A stretch of 64,000 nucleotides of DNA, from assembly GCA_015494715.1 (NCBI GenBank), contig WGAT01000102.1, positions 1,431 to 65,430 of the forward strand. The letters run 5' to 3'. Positions within the stretch are counted from its first letter, which is position 1; every line of letters starts with the position of its first letter. Shown one piece after another: positions 38,632 to 46,238 of this stretch. The position numbers and the translations under genes are program-made. The notes beneath the pieces were generated by a model, which saw nothing but the letters and a program-made list of their open reading frames with translations, had not been told where the DNA came from and did not search any database. The stretch is from Campylobacterota bacterium (lineage in GTDB: Bacteria; Campylobacterota; Campylobacteria; Campylobacterales; Nitratiruptoraceae).

Positions 38632-39525
38632 ATGAGAGTCAGCGACAATCAATTTTTCGGCTCATTCTTAAAATACGATCAAATTAGGCAAAGCAATTTA
38701 GAAAAATATTCCAATCAGATCAGCTCCGGTAAACGGATACTCTCCCCATCTGATGATGTGGTAGCGTTAGCCAAATCTTTAAAACTCAAAGAGACCAATA
38801 CGCAAATAGAGAGCTATTTGCGCAATATCACCAGCGTCCAAGCCAAACAAACCGCGGCGGAGAACGCTTTGAGCAACATCTACGATACCGCTCAAGAGGC
38901 CCGTACGGAGATAATACGGCTGCTCAACCATGGCGTACTCGATCAAGAAGATGCGCAAATCGTAGGAGATTATCTCAAAGGACTAAGAAACTATATCGTC
39001 GATCAAGCCAACACCAAAGTGGACAACGTCTATGTCTTTAGCGGCACAAAAACCGATACGCCGCCATTTGATAATAACGGAAACTATCAAGGCAATAGCG
39101 AAGTGCAAAATGTCCCCATCTCCAAAGGATATCAGGTACAAGGGACTTTTGACGGGGGAAAATTCTTAAACGCTCAAAACCATCCTATCAAAATAGTTCA
39201 AGTCTTGGATAAAATCACCCAAGCGATTGACAACCAAGACATCAGCAACATCACCAATCAAGACCTTGCCGATTTTGACGAGGGTATGAAAGCCATTGGA
39301 GAATCACGATCGCTTATCGGTGCACAAGCGAGCAATCTAGAAGATTTTCGCCTACAGCACGAGGCGCAAAAGACGCTTTTTAATGATATGATCTCCAAAT
39401 TAGAAGACGCCAATATTACCGAGGCCATCTCAAAAATGGAACAATCAAAAGTCGCCTACGAAGCCTCTATGGCGGTATTTAGCCAAAATAAAAACCTCTC
39501 TCTTTTAAAATATTTCGCAGCCTAA
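38632..39525 (+). CDS. flgL: Flagellar hook-associated protein 3
   Basis: 297 aa. Flagellin-like N-terminus 'QISSGKRILSPSDD' and a C-terminal heptad region. It follows flgK. Confidence 0.8.
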   Translation: MRVSDNQFFGSFLKYDQIRQSNLEKYSNQISSGKRILSPSDDVVALAKSLKLKETNTQIESYLRNITSVQAKQTAAENALSNIYDTAQEARTEIIRLLNHGVLDQEDAQIVGDYLKGLRNYIVDQANTKVDNVYVFSGTKTDTPPFDNNGNYQGNSEVQNVPISKGYQVQGTFDGGKFLNAQNHPIKIVQVLDKITQAIDNQDISNITNQDLADFDEGMKAIGESRSLIGAQASNLEDFRLQHEAQKTLFNDMISKLEDANITEAISKMEQSKVAYEASMAVFSQNKNLSLLKYFAA

Positions 39526-39538
39526 TCTCTGACACTCT

Positions 39539-39559
39539 CCTCCCCCATAAGGGGGGAGG
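39539..39559. terminator. GC-rich hairpin between convergent flgL and the fliS-downstream gene
   Basis: CCTCCCCC-ataag-GGGGGAGG, an 8-bp stem in a 37-bp convergent intergenic region. No clear U-tract on either side. Confidence 0.45.
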
Positions 39560-39562
39560 TAA

Positions 39563-39790
39563 TCAAAACTTGTAGCGTTTGAGCTGCTGAGTATTGGATA
39601 TCTTGACCAAAATCTTCTCTCGCTCCTCCTTTAAACGCTCAAAGATATAATCTATCCGAGCCTTGATTTTCTTTACCTCCGATATAGGCAACGACTCGCA
39701 AGAGTACTCTTGCAGTTTCTGGATACCTTGCTCTACACTATCCCAATCTCTCATCTCGATAGCCAAAAGAATCTGGTCAAGAAGCCTCAT
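39563..39790 (-). CDS. Small helical protein downstream of fliS (FliT-like position)
   Basis: The ORF track gives 39563..39817 (84 aa). An internal ATG at 39790 overlaps the fliS stop as TAATG, which favours the 75-aa form. No recognisable motif. Confidence 0.4.
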   Translation of the reverse strand: MRLLDQILLAIEMRDWDSVEQGIQKLQEYSCESLPISEVKKIKARIDYIFERLKEEREKILVKISNTQQLKRYKF

Positions 39791-40155
39791 TAGACCTTGG
39801 ATTGTATACCTTTCCATCCCTCTTGGAGATTCTCCATAATTTCTATTAAATCATCTAAAAGTTTTTGGTCGTTTTTGGCATGGACTATTACGAGATGAGA
39901 GAGTACAAAGTCATAGAGCGTATGAAGATTTTGTGCGATATCTTCACCTTTTTCAAAATCAAGAGCGCTGTCTAAAGCCCGAATGATATCGGAAGCTTTT
40001 GTAAGGTTTTTTATTTTTGATTGTATATCCCCTTTGGCTATATCCTCCTTTGCACTTTTCATCGAAAAAATCGCCTTATCATACAAAAGTATGATCTGCT
40101 GCAACGGAGAGGCGGTTTGTACACTATTTCTCATATACGCATCAAGCGGACTCAT
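39790..40155 (-). CDS. fliS: Flagellin-specific export chaperone
   Basis: 121 aa. 'ASPLQQIILLYDKAIFSMKSAKE', and typical FliS size and position after fliD. Confidence 0.88.
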   Translation of the reverse strand: MSPLDAYMRNSVQTASPLQQIILLYDKAIFSMKSAKEDIAKGDIQSKIKNLTKASDIIRALDSALDFEKGEDIAQNLHTLYDFVLSHLVIVHAKNDQKLLDDLIEIMENLQEGWKGIQSKV

Positions 40156-40169
40156 ATCATTACATCCTT

Positions 40170-41480
40170 TTATTTATTAGACTCTTGTTTAGGTAAAATG
40201 GCTGCCAGCCTGCTTTGGATATCGTTCATTTGGGCCATAAGGCCATCAAGATGGATAAACTCCTTTTTCATTATATCGCTCTCTTTTTCTATCCTTTGAA
40301 CGACGGAAGCTATATTATCCTCATATTTTCTAATCTGCCGTTCGTAGCTTCTCTCTTTTTGTTTAACCACACCAAAAGGCTCAAAAAGAGTATCCAAATA
40401 AGGATCAATGGTATTGACAAGTTTTTCGCGCATACTCTCTAAAGAGTCTTTATCCTCACGATAGAGTTTTTCAAACTTGCTTTGATCTAAAGAGAGATGC
40501 CCGCTCTTGTGATCAACGCTTAAAAGACCTTTCTCCATTAAGGGCGTAAGCTGATTAAAAAGCTGCGAGCGAATGGAGTGCAGCGTATAGTCCCCGCTCA
40601 AAGGTCCCTTTTCATCCGTTACCTCTTTGATATAATCGACTAAAGAGTTGTAATCGCCCAGCACCTTTTCAAAACTCTTTTGGGCACTCTTTTCATCCGC
40701 CGTTATACTGATCTGAACGGGATCGCTTGAGACTCGTTTGACCTCCAGCGTCAATCCATCCAACAAATTTGTAAAGATATTGCTCTGGCTTTGAACCTTT
40801 TGTCCAAAAATATCAATCTGGGCGTTTTGTGCGGATCGAACATGCGAGCCGTCCCCATCATCTCCTAATTTTAGATTATCCAAAAGGTCTGCGCTATCGC
40901 TCATAGAAATACTTTGATCTTCTCCTGTATGCGTAGAACTTATGAGCAACCTGTACTGATTGCCGTCAAAAAAGAGCGAGGCGCTCACCTTATCGCTTGC
41001 GTCGTTGATCTTATCAACGATTTGGGACAGGCTATCAGAAGCGCTATAATCTATGTCGATATCGCTTCCGTCAATACTTAAAGTAAGCGTCCCGTCCTTT
41101 GTAGCCACGGCGTCCTCTTTGGAAGAGACTCCTGATTGAGAGAGCCATACATCTTTACTGGCCAGTCTATCTACGCTAAACTCCAAATTCATCTCTTGAA
41201 GCTTAGAAGGATCGGTGACAATAACGCTAGCCACATCCTCGTTTGAGACACCAACGCTTTTTTTCTCAAAAAGCTGCGTATCTTCCAAAGTCTCAAAATC
41301 GGAGCGAAAGTTTTTAAGCAGATTGGCAAAACTTTTAAAAGCCGCCTCTTTTTGTTGAACCTTTTGTTCCTTTTGCTGGATGAGATTGACCTGCTGGAAT
41401 TTGAGCTGCTGATATTTTTGTAAAATCGACTGGTAATCAAACTGCCCGCTTAAATTGCTCAAATAGATATCATTAGCCAT
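40170..41480 (-). CDS. fliD: Flagellar filament cap protein
   Basis: 436 aa with N- and C-terminal coiled-coil FliD segments. Located between flaG and fliS. Confidence 0.8.
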   Translation of the reverse strand: MANDIYLSNLSGQFDYQSILQKYQQLKFQQVNLIQQKEQKVQQKEAAFKSFANLLKNFRSDFETLEDTQLFEKKSVGVSNEDVASVIVTDPSKLQEMNLEFSVDRLASKDVWLSQSGVSSKEDAVATKDGTLTLSIDGSDIDIDYSASDSLSQIVDKINDASDKVSASLFFDGNQYRLLISSTHTGEDQSISMSDSADLLDNLKLGDDGDGSHVRSAQNAQIDIFGQKVQSQSNIFTNLLDGLTLEVKRVSSDPVQISITADEKSAQKSFEKVLGDYNSLVDYIKEVTDEKGPLSGDYTLHSIRSQLFNQLTPLMEKGLLSVDHKSGHLSLDQSKFEKLYREDKDSLESMREKLVNTIDPYLDTLFEPFGVVKQKERSYERQIRKYEDNIASVVQRIEKESDIMKKEFIHLDGLMAQMNDIQSRLAAILPKQESNK

Positions 41481-41482
41481 AC

Positions 41483-41827
41483 CTACGCCTTTTGCTCAAA
41501 AAGTACTTTCGTAATTTTATCAAGATACCTAGCGATTTGTAACATCGCTTCTGGCGGTATCTGTCGAATTACTTGCTTACTTTCGTCGTTTAGGACTTTG
41601 ACTACTTGAATATGCGTCTGCTCGTCTATCTCTATCTTCAACGAAGAGTTGAAGAGGAGAAAATTTTGGTTGATATTATCGGCCATTTTTTTGATGAGCT
41701 CTTGCCTTGCGGCAAAATCGCGCTTACCATCCTCTTTGTGCGACCTGCCTGCGGCTAAATGATCAAGCTCAGTATTGGTCATATACATATCCAGTGCCGA
41801 TTGCGTAGTGATAGCTTTGATATCCAT
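41483..41827 (-). CDS. flaG: FlaG family flagellar protein
   Basis: 114 aa. 'VIRQIPPEAMLQIARYLDK' is the typical FlaG C-terminus. Confidence 0.85.
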   Translation of the reverse strand: MDIKAITTQSALDMYMTNTELDHLAAGRSHKEDGKRDFAARQELIKKMADNINQNFLLFNSSLKIEIDEQTHIQVVKVLNDESKQVIRQIPPEAMLQIARYLDKITKVLFEQKA

Positions 41828-41839
41828 AATCCTCTCCTC

Positions 41840-41877
41840 AATATTTTAGCTAAGCCCCACCACTTAGCTAAAATATT
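41840..41877 (-). terminator. Strong hairpin (15-bp perfect stem, 8-nt loop) between the flagellin gene and flaG
   Basis: AATATTTTAGCTAAG (41840-41854) pairs with CTTAGCTAAAATATT (41863-41877). On the mRNA strand the 3' arm ends in AAAAUAUU, just before the flaG SD GAGGAG. Confidence 0.55.
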
Positions 41878-41880
41878 AGC

Positions 41881-41901
41881 GATAAGGGACGAACCCTTAT
41901 C
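41881..41901 (-). terminator. Second hairpin (8-bp stem, 5-nt loop) overlapping the flagellin stop codon
   Basis: GATAAGGG-acgaa-CCCTTATC. The flagellin TAA lies inside the stem. Confidence 0.4.
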
Positions 41902-42754
41902 GTAGAAGCTGAAGGACGAGTTGTGGTTGCTGATTGGCTTGCGCAAGCATACTGGTGCCAGATTTCATTAAGATGTTATTTTTTGTAAACTCCGCCATCT
42001 CTTTCGCAAAATCCACGTTTCTTACGCGACCTTCCGCATCGCTGGTATTGACTCGAGCGGTTTCGTTGTTTGAGATGATTTTTTCTAGCTCAATCTGTAC
42101 AGAACCAAATTTTGCCGCTTCGGTATCCACCGCTTTGAGCAGATTGTCCACTTTTTGGATAGAGTCGTTTGCGGCTGTTTGTGAAGTAACGTCGATCACA
42201 TACGCCGTACTGCCCAAAGTAACGGTAGAAACTTTTGTACCGTCCGCTCCACCTTGTGCCGCAGCGGTTGAGCTAACGATCGCTATTTCTTGATTTATTC
42301 TACCACCATAGTGGATAGTAAAAGTAGTAGTTCCATCGCCTTTAAAGACTTTCATTCCGTTAAATTCGGTATCGCTAAAAATTTTACCGACGGCATCTAC
42401 GAGTTTGTTGATATCTTGTTGCAAAGCTTTTTGTGAATCGGCGTCAACAGTGTTAGCCGCTTGGATAGTTTTGGCTTTTACGTCGTTTAAGATATTGTAT
42501 ACTTCACCAAGACTTCCTTGAGCGATTTGAGCGATACTCACTCCATCTTGTGCGTTTCTTGTACCCTGATTAAGAGATGTAGCGTATGTTTTGAGTTGGT
42601 CGGCAATAAAAAGTCCCGCCGCATCGTCCGCCGCTCGGTTGATTCTATGACCTGTAGCCAATCTCTCTAAGTTTTTGTTCAGATTGTGCTCTGTTTTAAG
42701 TAAGTTTGCGTGTGTGAAATCGCTTTGGAAGTTGTAGTTTACTTTAAGTGCCAT
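41897..42754 (-). CDS. Flagellin (short, D0/D1-only type)
   Basis: 285 aa. 'RINRAADDAAGLFIADQL' and C-terminal 'MLAQANQQPQLVLQLLR'. Preceded by a sigma28 promoter and the SD AGGAGG. Confidence 0.93.
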   Translation of the reverse strand: MALKVNYNFQSDFTHANLLKTEHNLNKNLERLATGHRINRAADDAAGLFIADQLKTYATSLNQGTRNAQDGVSIAQIAQGSLGEVYNILNDVKAKTIQAANTVDADSQKALQQDINKLVDAVGKIFSDTEFNGMKVFKGDGTTTFTIHYGGRINQEIAIVSSTAAAQGGADGTKVSTVTLGSTAYVIDVTSQTAANDSIQKVDNLLKAVDTEAAKFGSVQIELEKIISNNETARVNTSDAEGRVRNVDFAKEMAEFTKNNILMKSGTSMLAQANQQPQLVLQLLR

Positions 42755-42786
42755 TTTTTTCCTCCTATATTTTTTTTACATCAATA

Positions 42787-42813
42787 GTATCGGAGAGAAT
42801 TAATCTTTTTTTA
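42787..42813 (-). promoter_or_regulatory. Sigma28 (FliA)-type promoter upstream of the flagellin gene
   Basis: The minus strand reads TAAA-N15-TCCGATAC, ending 32 nt upstream of the flagellin ATG. It overlaps the stop codon of the upstream GT2-TPR gene. Confidence 0.65.
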
Positions 42814-44260
42814 GCTTTTCTACAAATTTTTCTACCTCTTTTTCAAAACCAAGATGTCCCAAAGCTTGGATAAGCATATCGGCAGCGCCTCTATCGGGAA
42901 CATTGAGCACCACTTTTTTAAGATATCGCACGGCTTGAAGATACTCTTTTTGCCTAAAATAGTACTCCCCCAATACCCTATTGGCCAAAAGGTGATCCGC
43001 ATTTGTTTGGACTATTTTTTCAGCAAGAGCAAGAGCTTGAGGGGAGCGATTGGTAAAATAGGATTTAAGCGTAAAAGCTTGCACCCATTGGTTATCCGCA
43101 AAACGAAGAAGAAGTTTTTTTATACATTTTTCATATTTTGCAAGATCATACTTTTTTACAAGTTCACAAGCCAGTATACCCAGAGTCGAAGAGCGCTCTT
43201 TCTTCCACTCCTTTTGCAGCCACTCTATATCCGCTGCATCATACAGCCCCAGCGCCTCGTGTTCGATAAAAGCGTAGATATTTTCCACATTATCGACTAC
43301 TTGCGTATCTTGGATCTTGTTCATCTTATCGTTGAGCACGCAAGCTCGTACAAAACTCGATTTTGCCGCCTCCTTATCCAAATCCTTTTCAATAAGCGTT
43401 TTACAATAAAACAAATCGGCGTTTAAAAAATTCTCTTCAATGGCGTGGTTGAGATACTTTAAAGCCTCCTTTTTTTTATTTTGTTTCATAAGGAATCGAG
43501 CAATATAAAAAAAAGGATAAAAAATAAAAAAGCGCATCGCCCCATCTTTGGAAAACTTTTCCCTTACTTGCAAAAACTCTTGGATATAACCCTTTGACTC
43601 TTTAAAAAATTTTTCATCCACATCTGCCAATATGCTCAGAGTCTGCAACATATAAAAGAGCTTTACAAGATACTCTTTTAGATCTTTATCTTTTGCGGCC
43701 GCTAGATCCTTTTGGATAAGCTCTTTATTACGAAAAGCCTTTTGGATCTGAATATCTCTATCTTGATATCCGTAATGGTTGATGTAAATAGGCAAAAGTA
43801 TGGAGCGTTTTGCGTTTAACTGCTCGTGAATATTACCTTGCCAAAAGATATCGGCTCTATTTTTATGAATAAAGGCTTGGGAAGATATACCAGAGATCAT
43901 TCCAAAATCGGAGAAATTTTTTACAAAAATCGTTATAGAATCTACGGAGGGATCCTTGTTTATCAAGCGCAGCGAGTCGAGAAATTTTTCAAATTCCTTA
44001 TCCTCTAGTTCAAAATCGGCGTCAAAATGCCATATCCAATCGCCGCTACATTTGCTAATGGCATAGTTTCTCGCATCGGCAAAACCTTGCCACTCTTTTT
44101 CATAGACACGACAGCCAAACTCTTTGGCAATCTCTTTGGATCTATCCGTAGAGCCGGTATCCACGACTATGACCTCATCAAATTTTCCTTGAATACTTTT
44201 TAAAAGACGGGGGAGATTTTTCTCTTCGTCTTTCATAATCAGCGCGGCGGATATCTTCAC
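42800..44260 (-). CDS. Family 2 glycosyltransferase fused to a C-terminal TPR/helical-repeat domain
   Basis: 'KISAALIMKDEEKNLPRLLKSIQGKFDEVIVVDTGSTDRS' and 'WHFDADFEL' (DXD). The C-terminal half has TPR-like repeats. The likely GTG start at 44260 overlaps the upstream TGA (GTGA). The ORF-track start is 44275. Confidence 0.8.
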   Translation of the reverse strand: MKISAALIMKDEEKNLPRLLKSIQGKFDEVIVVDTGSTDRSKEIAKEFGCRVYEKEWQGFADARNYAISKCSGDWIWHFDADFELEDKEFEKFLDSLRLINKDPSVDSITIFVKNFSDFGMISGISSQAFIHKNRADIFWQGNIHEQLNAKRSILLPIYINHYGYQDRDIQIQKAFRNKELIQKDLAAAKDKDLKEYLVKLFYMLQTLSILADVDEKFFKESKGYIQEFLQVREKFSKDGAMRFFIFYPFFYIARFLMKQNKKKEALKYLNHAIEENFLNADLFYCKTLIEKDLDKEAAKSSFVRACVLNDKMNKIQDTQVVDNVENIYAFIEHEALGLYDAADIEWLQKEWKKERSSTLGILACELVKKYDLAKYEKCIKKLLLRFADNQWVQAFTLKSYFTNRSPQALALAEKIVQTNADHLLANRVLGEYYFRQKEYLQAVRYLKKVVLNVPDRGAADMLIQALGHLGFEKEVEKFVEKLKKD

Positions 44261-46176
44261 TGCAACGACTCCCAAAATCTACTTTTATCCCTCTCATAGG
44301 GATTTAAAGGCTCTGTTAGCCTTTGTGCGATTTTTTCTACCTCGCTCTCCATAAAGCCAAGCGCTTGCATCAATTGGGCAGATTCCAAACTCAACGGATT
44401 GCAAATAAAAGAGCTTCTTGCATGCTTTTTAGCCATCTTTTCATCCCCACTTACATGGGCCATCACTATGTGATAGAGCCAAGAGTTTGGAAGTAACGCC
44501 TCAATGGGCTCGATAAATTGTTTGAGCCGCTCTACTCTTTTTTTCTCTATGAGCGTCACACATTTTTTTCGCAAGGAGTCATAGGTTTGGATGAGTTTTG
44601 CAAAGGTCTCTCGTTTCTTATCCACCTCTTGTACAAGTTTCTTGGCATATTCGCTCTTATCGGCCAATAACGCTATAAAAAGGGCCTTGCTTTTGTCCCT
44701 CTTAGCAAGATCGTAGTAATATAAGGCATTACAATAATCTTGCAAATTTTTTAAATACTCGGCGATCTCAACAAAGGCGTACTCCAATGAGGGCACATAA
44801 TCAAAAACTTCAAGGAGAATATCTTTTTGCAAACTCTTGCGTACGATCTTTGACTCGTACGAAGTATCCACGTCCACTACGCTGCCTGCGGAGATATTAT
44901 TTTCATGAACACGATAGTGACAGCTTACTCCATTATATTTTTTTATCGAAGCTTTCAATACCACTCTAGACCAAAACTCGTAATCTTGGGCCCTTAAAAA
45001 CTCTTCGTCATATTTGCCAAATTTCTCATACAGCTCCTTTTTGACCATCGTCCCGGGATTTGGCAACGGACACCCGCCGGTTAAAAGAATATTGAGCAAC
45101 GTTTTATTGTTTTGATAAAAATCTTGAGGATCCACCATCATCGCATCGCTTTGGAACCGTTTCAAAGCACCATAGAGGATCTGGACGTCAGGGTACTCTT
45201 GCAAAAGTCCAACATACTCCTCCACAATATTCTCTTGCAAGACATCGTCATCGTCAAGCCAAAGAAGAAACTCCCCCCTAGCTTCGTCGATACATCTATT
45301 GCGAGTATAGGGACGGCCCCTATTGACCTCATTGCGAAAATAGCGTATACGCAAATCCTCAAAACCCCGTACGAGCTCTTGCGTCCCGTCCGATGAGCCG
45401 TCATCGACGACGACGATCTCTAAATTCTCATACTTTTGATCCAAAGCGCTTTGCAAAGCCTGCGATACATACTCTTTTCTGTTGTATGTAGGGATACAAA
45501 TAGAGATTTTGGGACTATAGCTCCACCGCATAGGACGTATGATGGCCGTACCTTTTTGAGTCTGTACAAACTCCTCGCGCAAAGGCCTAAACTCTTTTTT
45601 CCATCTTTGGATGATGGCTTGCTCTTGCGTCCTAGCCGCATCGTCCAGCACAAGGACCCAATCATTTGCGAGCTTCTCCCGCACAATAGGCAGTACGGGA
45701 TAGCGGGCCAAAGCTTGGGTATCCATTGGAGGGCCGTCTATGCTGAGCATATCGATGCGCTTTTGCTGGAGCAGCTCAAAAAGCTGTGCGGTTTTATACC
45801 ATAACCAAACCTCCTCACCAAGAAGATATTTTTGCAAAGGGGCATACAGAAGGTGCACGCCGCTCTTAAGGCCGTGCAGCTCTAACGCATGGCGGCTCTT
45901 TCGCATATACTCTATATCGTGATCCAAAGAGATAAAAAGAGCTTTGGGAGCATATTTTTTTAACAAATAGGCTATTAAAATGGTAGAGACTCCCGAACCC
46001 GTCTCTACGATAACGGGCGCTTCTTTCCTCTTTAAAAGGGCTAGTATCTCTTGATAAAGAATTTTAATAAAATCGGCCGAAGCGGCCCATCCCCCAAGCC
46101 GTGGCAGAGGATAGCGAAGATCGATAAGATGAAGAATTTGCTCCATATCCTCTATTTGCTGTATCTCTTGCATCAA
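44257..46176 (-). CDS. Tri-domain protein: class I SAM methyltransferase-like, GT2 glycosyltransferase and helical C-terminal domain
   Basis: 639 aa. N-terminal 'VIVETGSGVSTILIAYLL' and 'SIDGPP'. Central 'ISICIPTYNRKEYVSQALQSALDQKYENLEIVVVDDGSSDGT' and 'LWLDDDDVL'. Confidence 0.8.
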   Translation of the reverse strand: MMQEIQQIEDMEQILHLIDLRYPLPRLGGWAASADFIKILYQEILALLKRKEAPVIVETGSGVSTILIAYLLKKYAPKALFISLDHDIEYMRKSRHALELHGLKSGVHLLYAPLQKYLLGEEVWLWYKTAQLFELLQQKRIDMLSIDGPPMDTQALARYPVLPIVREKLANDWVLVLDDAARTQEQAIIQRWKKEFRPLREEFVQTQKGTAIIRPMRWSYSPKISICIPTYNRKEYVSQALQSALDQKYENLEIVVVDDGSSDGTQELVRGFEDLRIRYFRNEVNRGRPYTRNRCIDEARGEFLLWLDDDDVLQENIVEEYVGLLQEYPDVQILYGALKRFQSDAMMVDPQDFYQNNKTLLNILLTGGCPLPNPGTMVKKELYEKFGKYDEEFLRAQDYEFWSRVVLKASIKKYNGVSCHYRVHENNISAGSVVDVDTSYESKIVRKSLQKDILLEVFDYVPSLEYAFVEIAEYLKNLQDYCNALYYYDLAKRDKSKALFIALLADKSEYAKKLVQEVDKKRETFAKLIQTYDSLRKKCVTLIEKKRVERLKQFIEPIEALLPNSWLYHIVMAHVSGDEKMAKKHARSSFICNPLSLESAQLMQALGFMESEVEKIAQRLTEPLNPYERDKSRFWESLQ

Positions 46177-46238
46177 AGCTACTCCAATTTGTTTTGATTT
46201 TAGCTACAATAATATCAAAAAGCTCGTAAAGGTCCCAT

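Noticed and set aside
39551-39556. Homopolymeric G6 (and C6 at 4793-4798 in aroK) as Campylobacter-style phase-variation tracts
   Set aside because: The tracts are short (6 nt, versus the 8 or more typical of contingency loci). The G-tract is one arm of an intergenic hairpin, and the C-tract lies inside an essential housekeeping gene.
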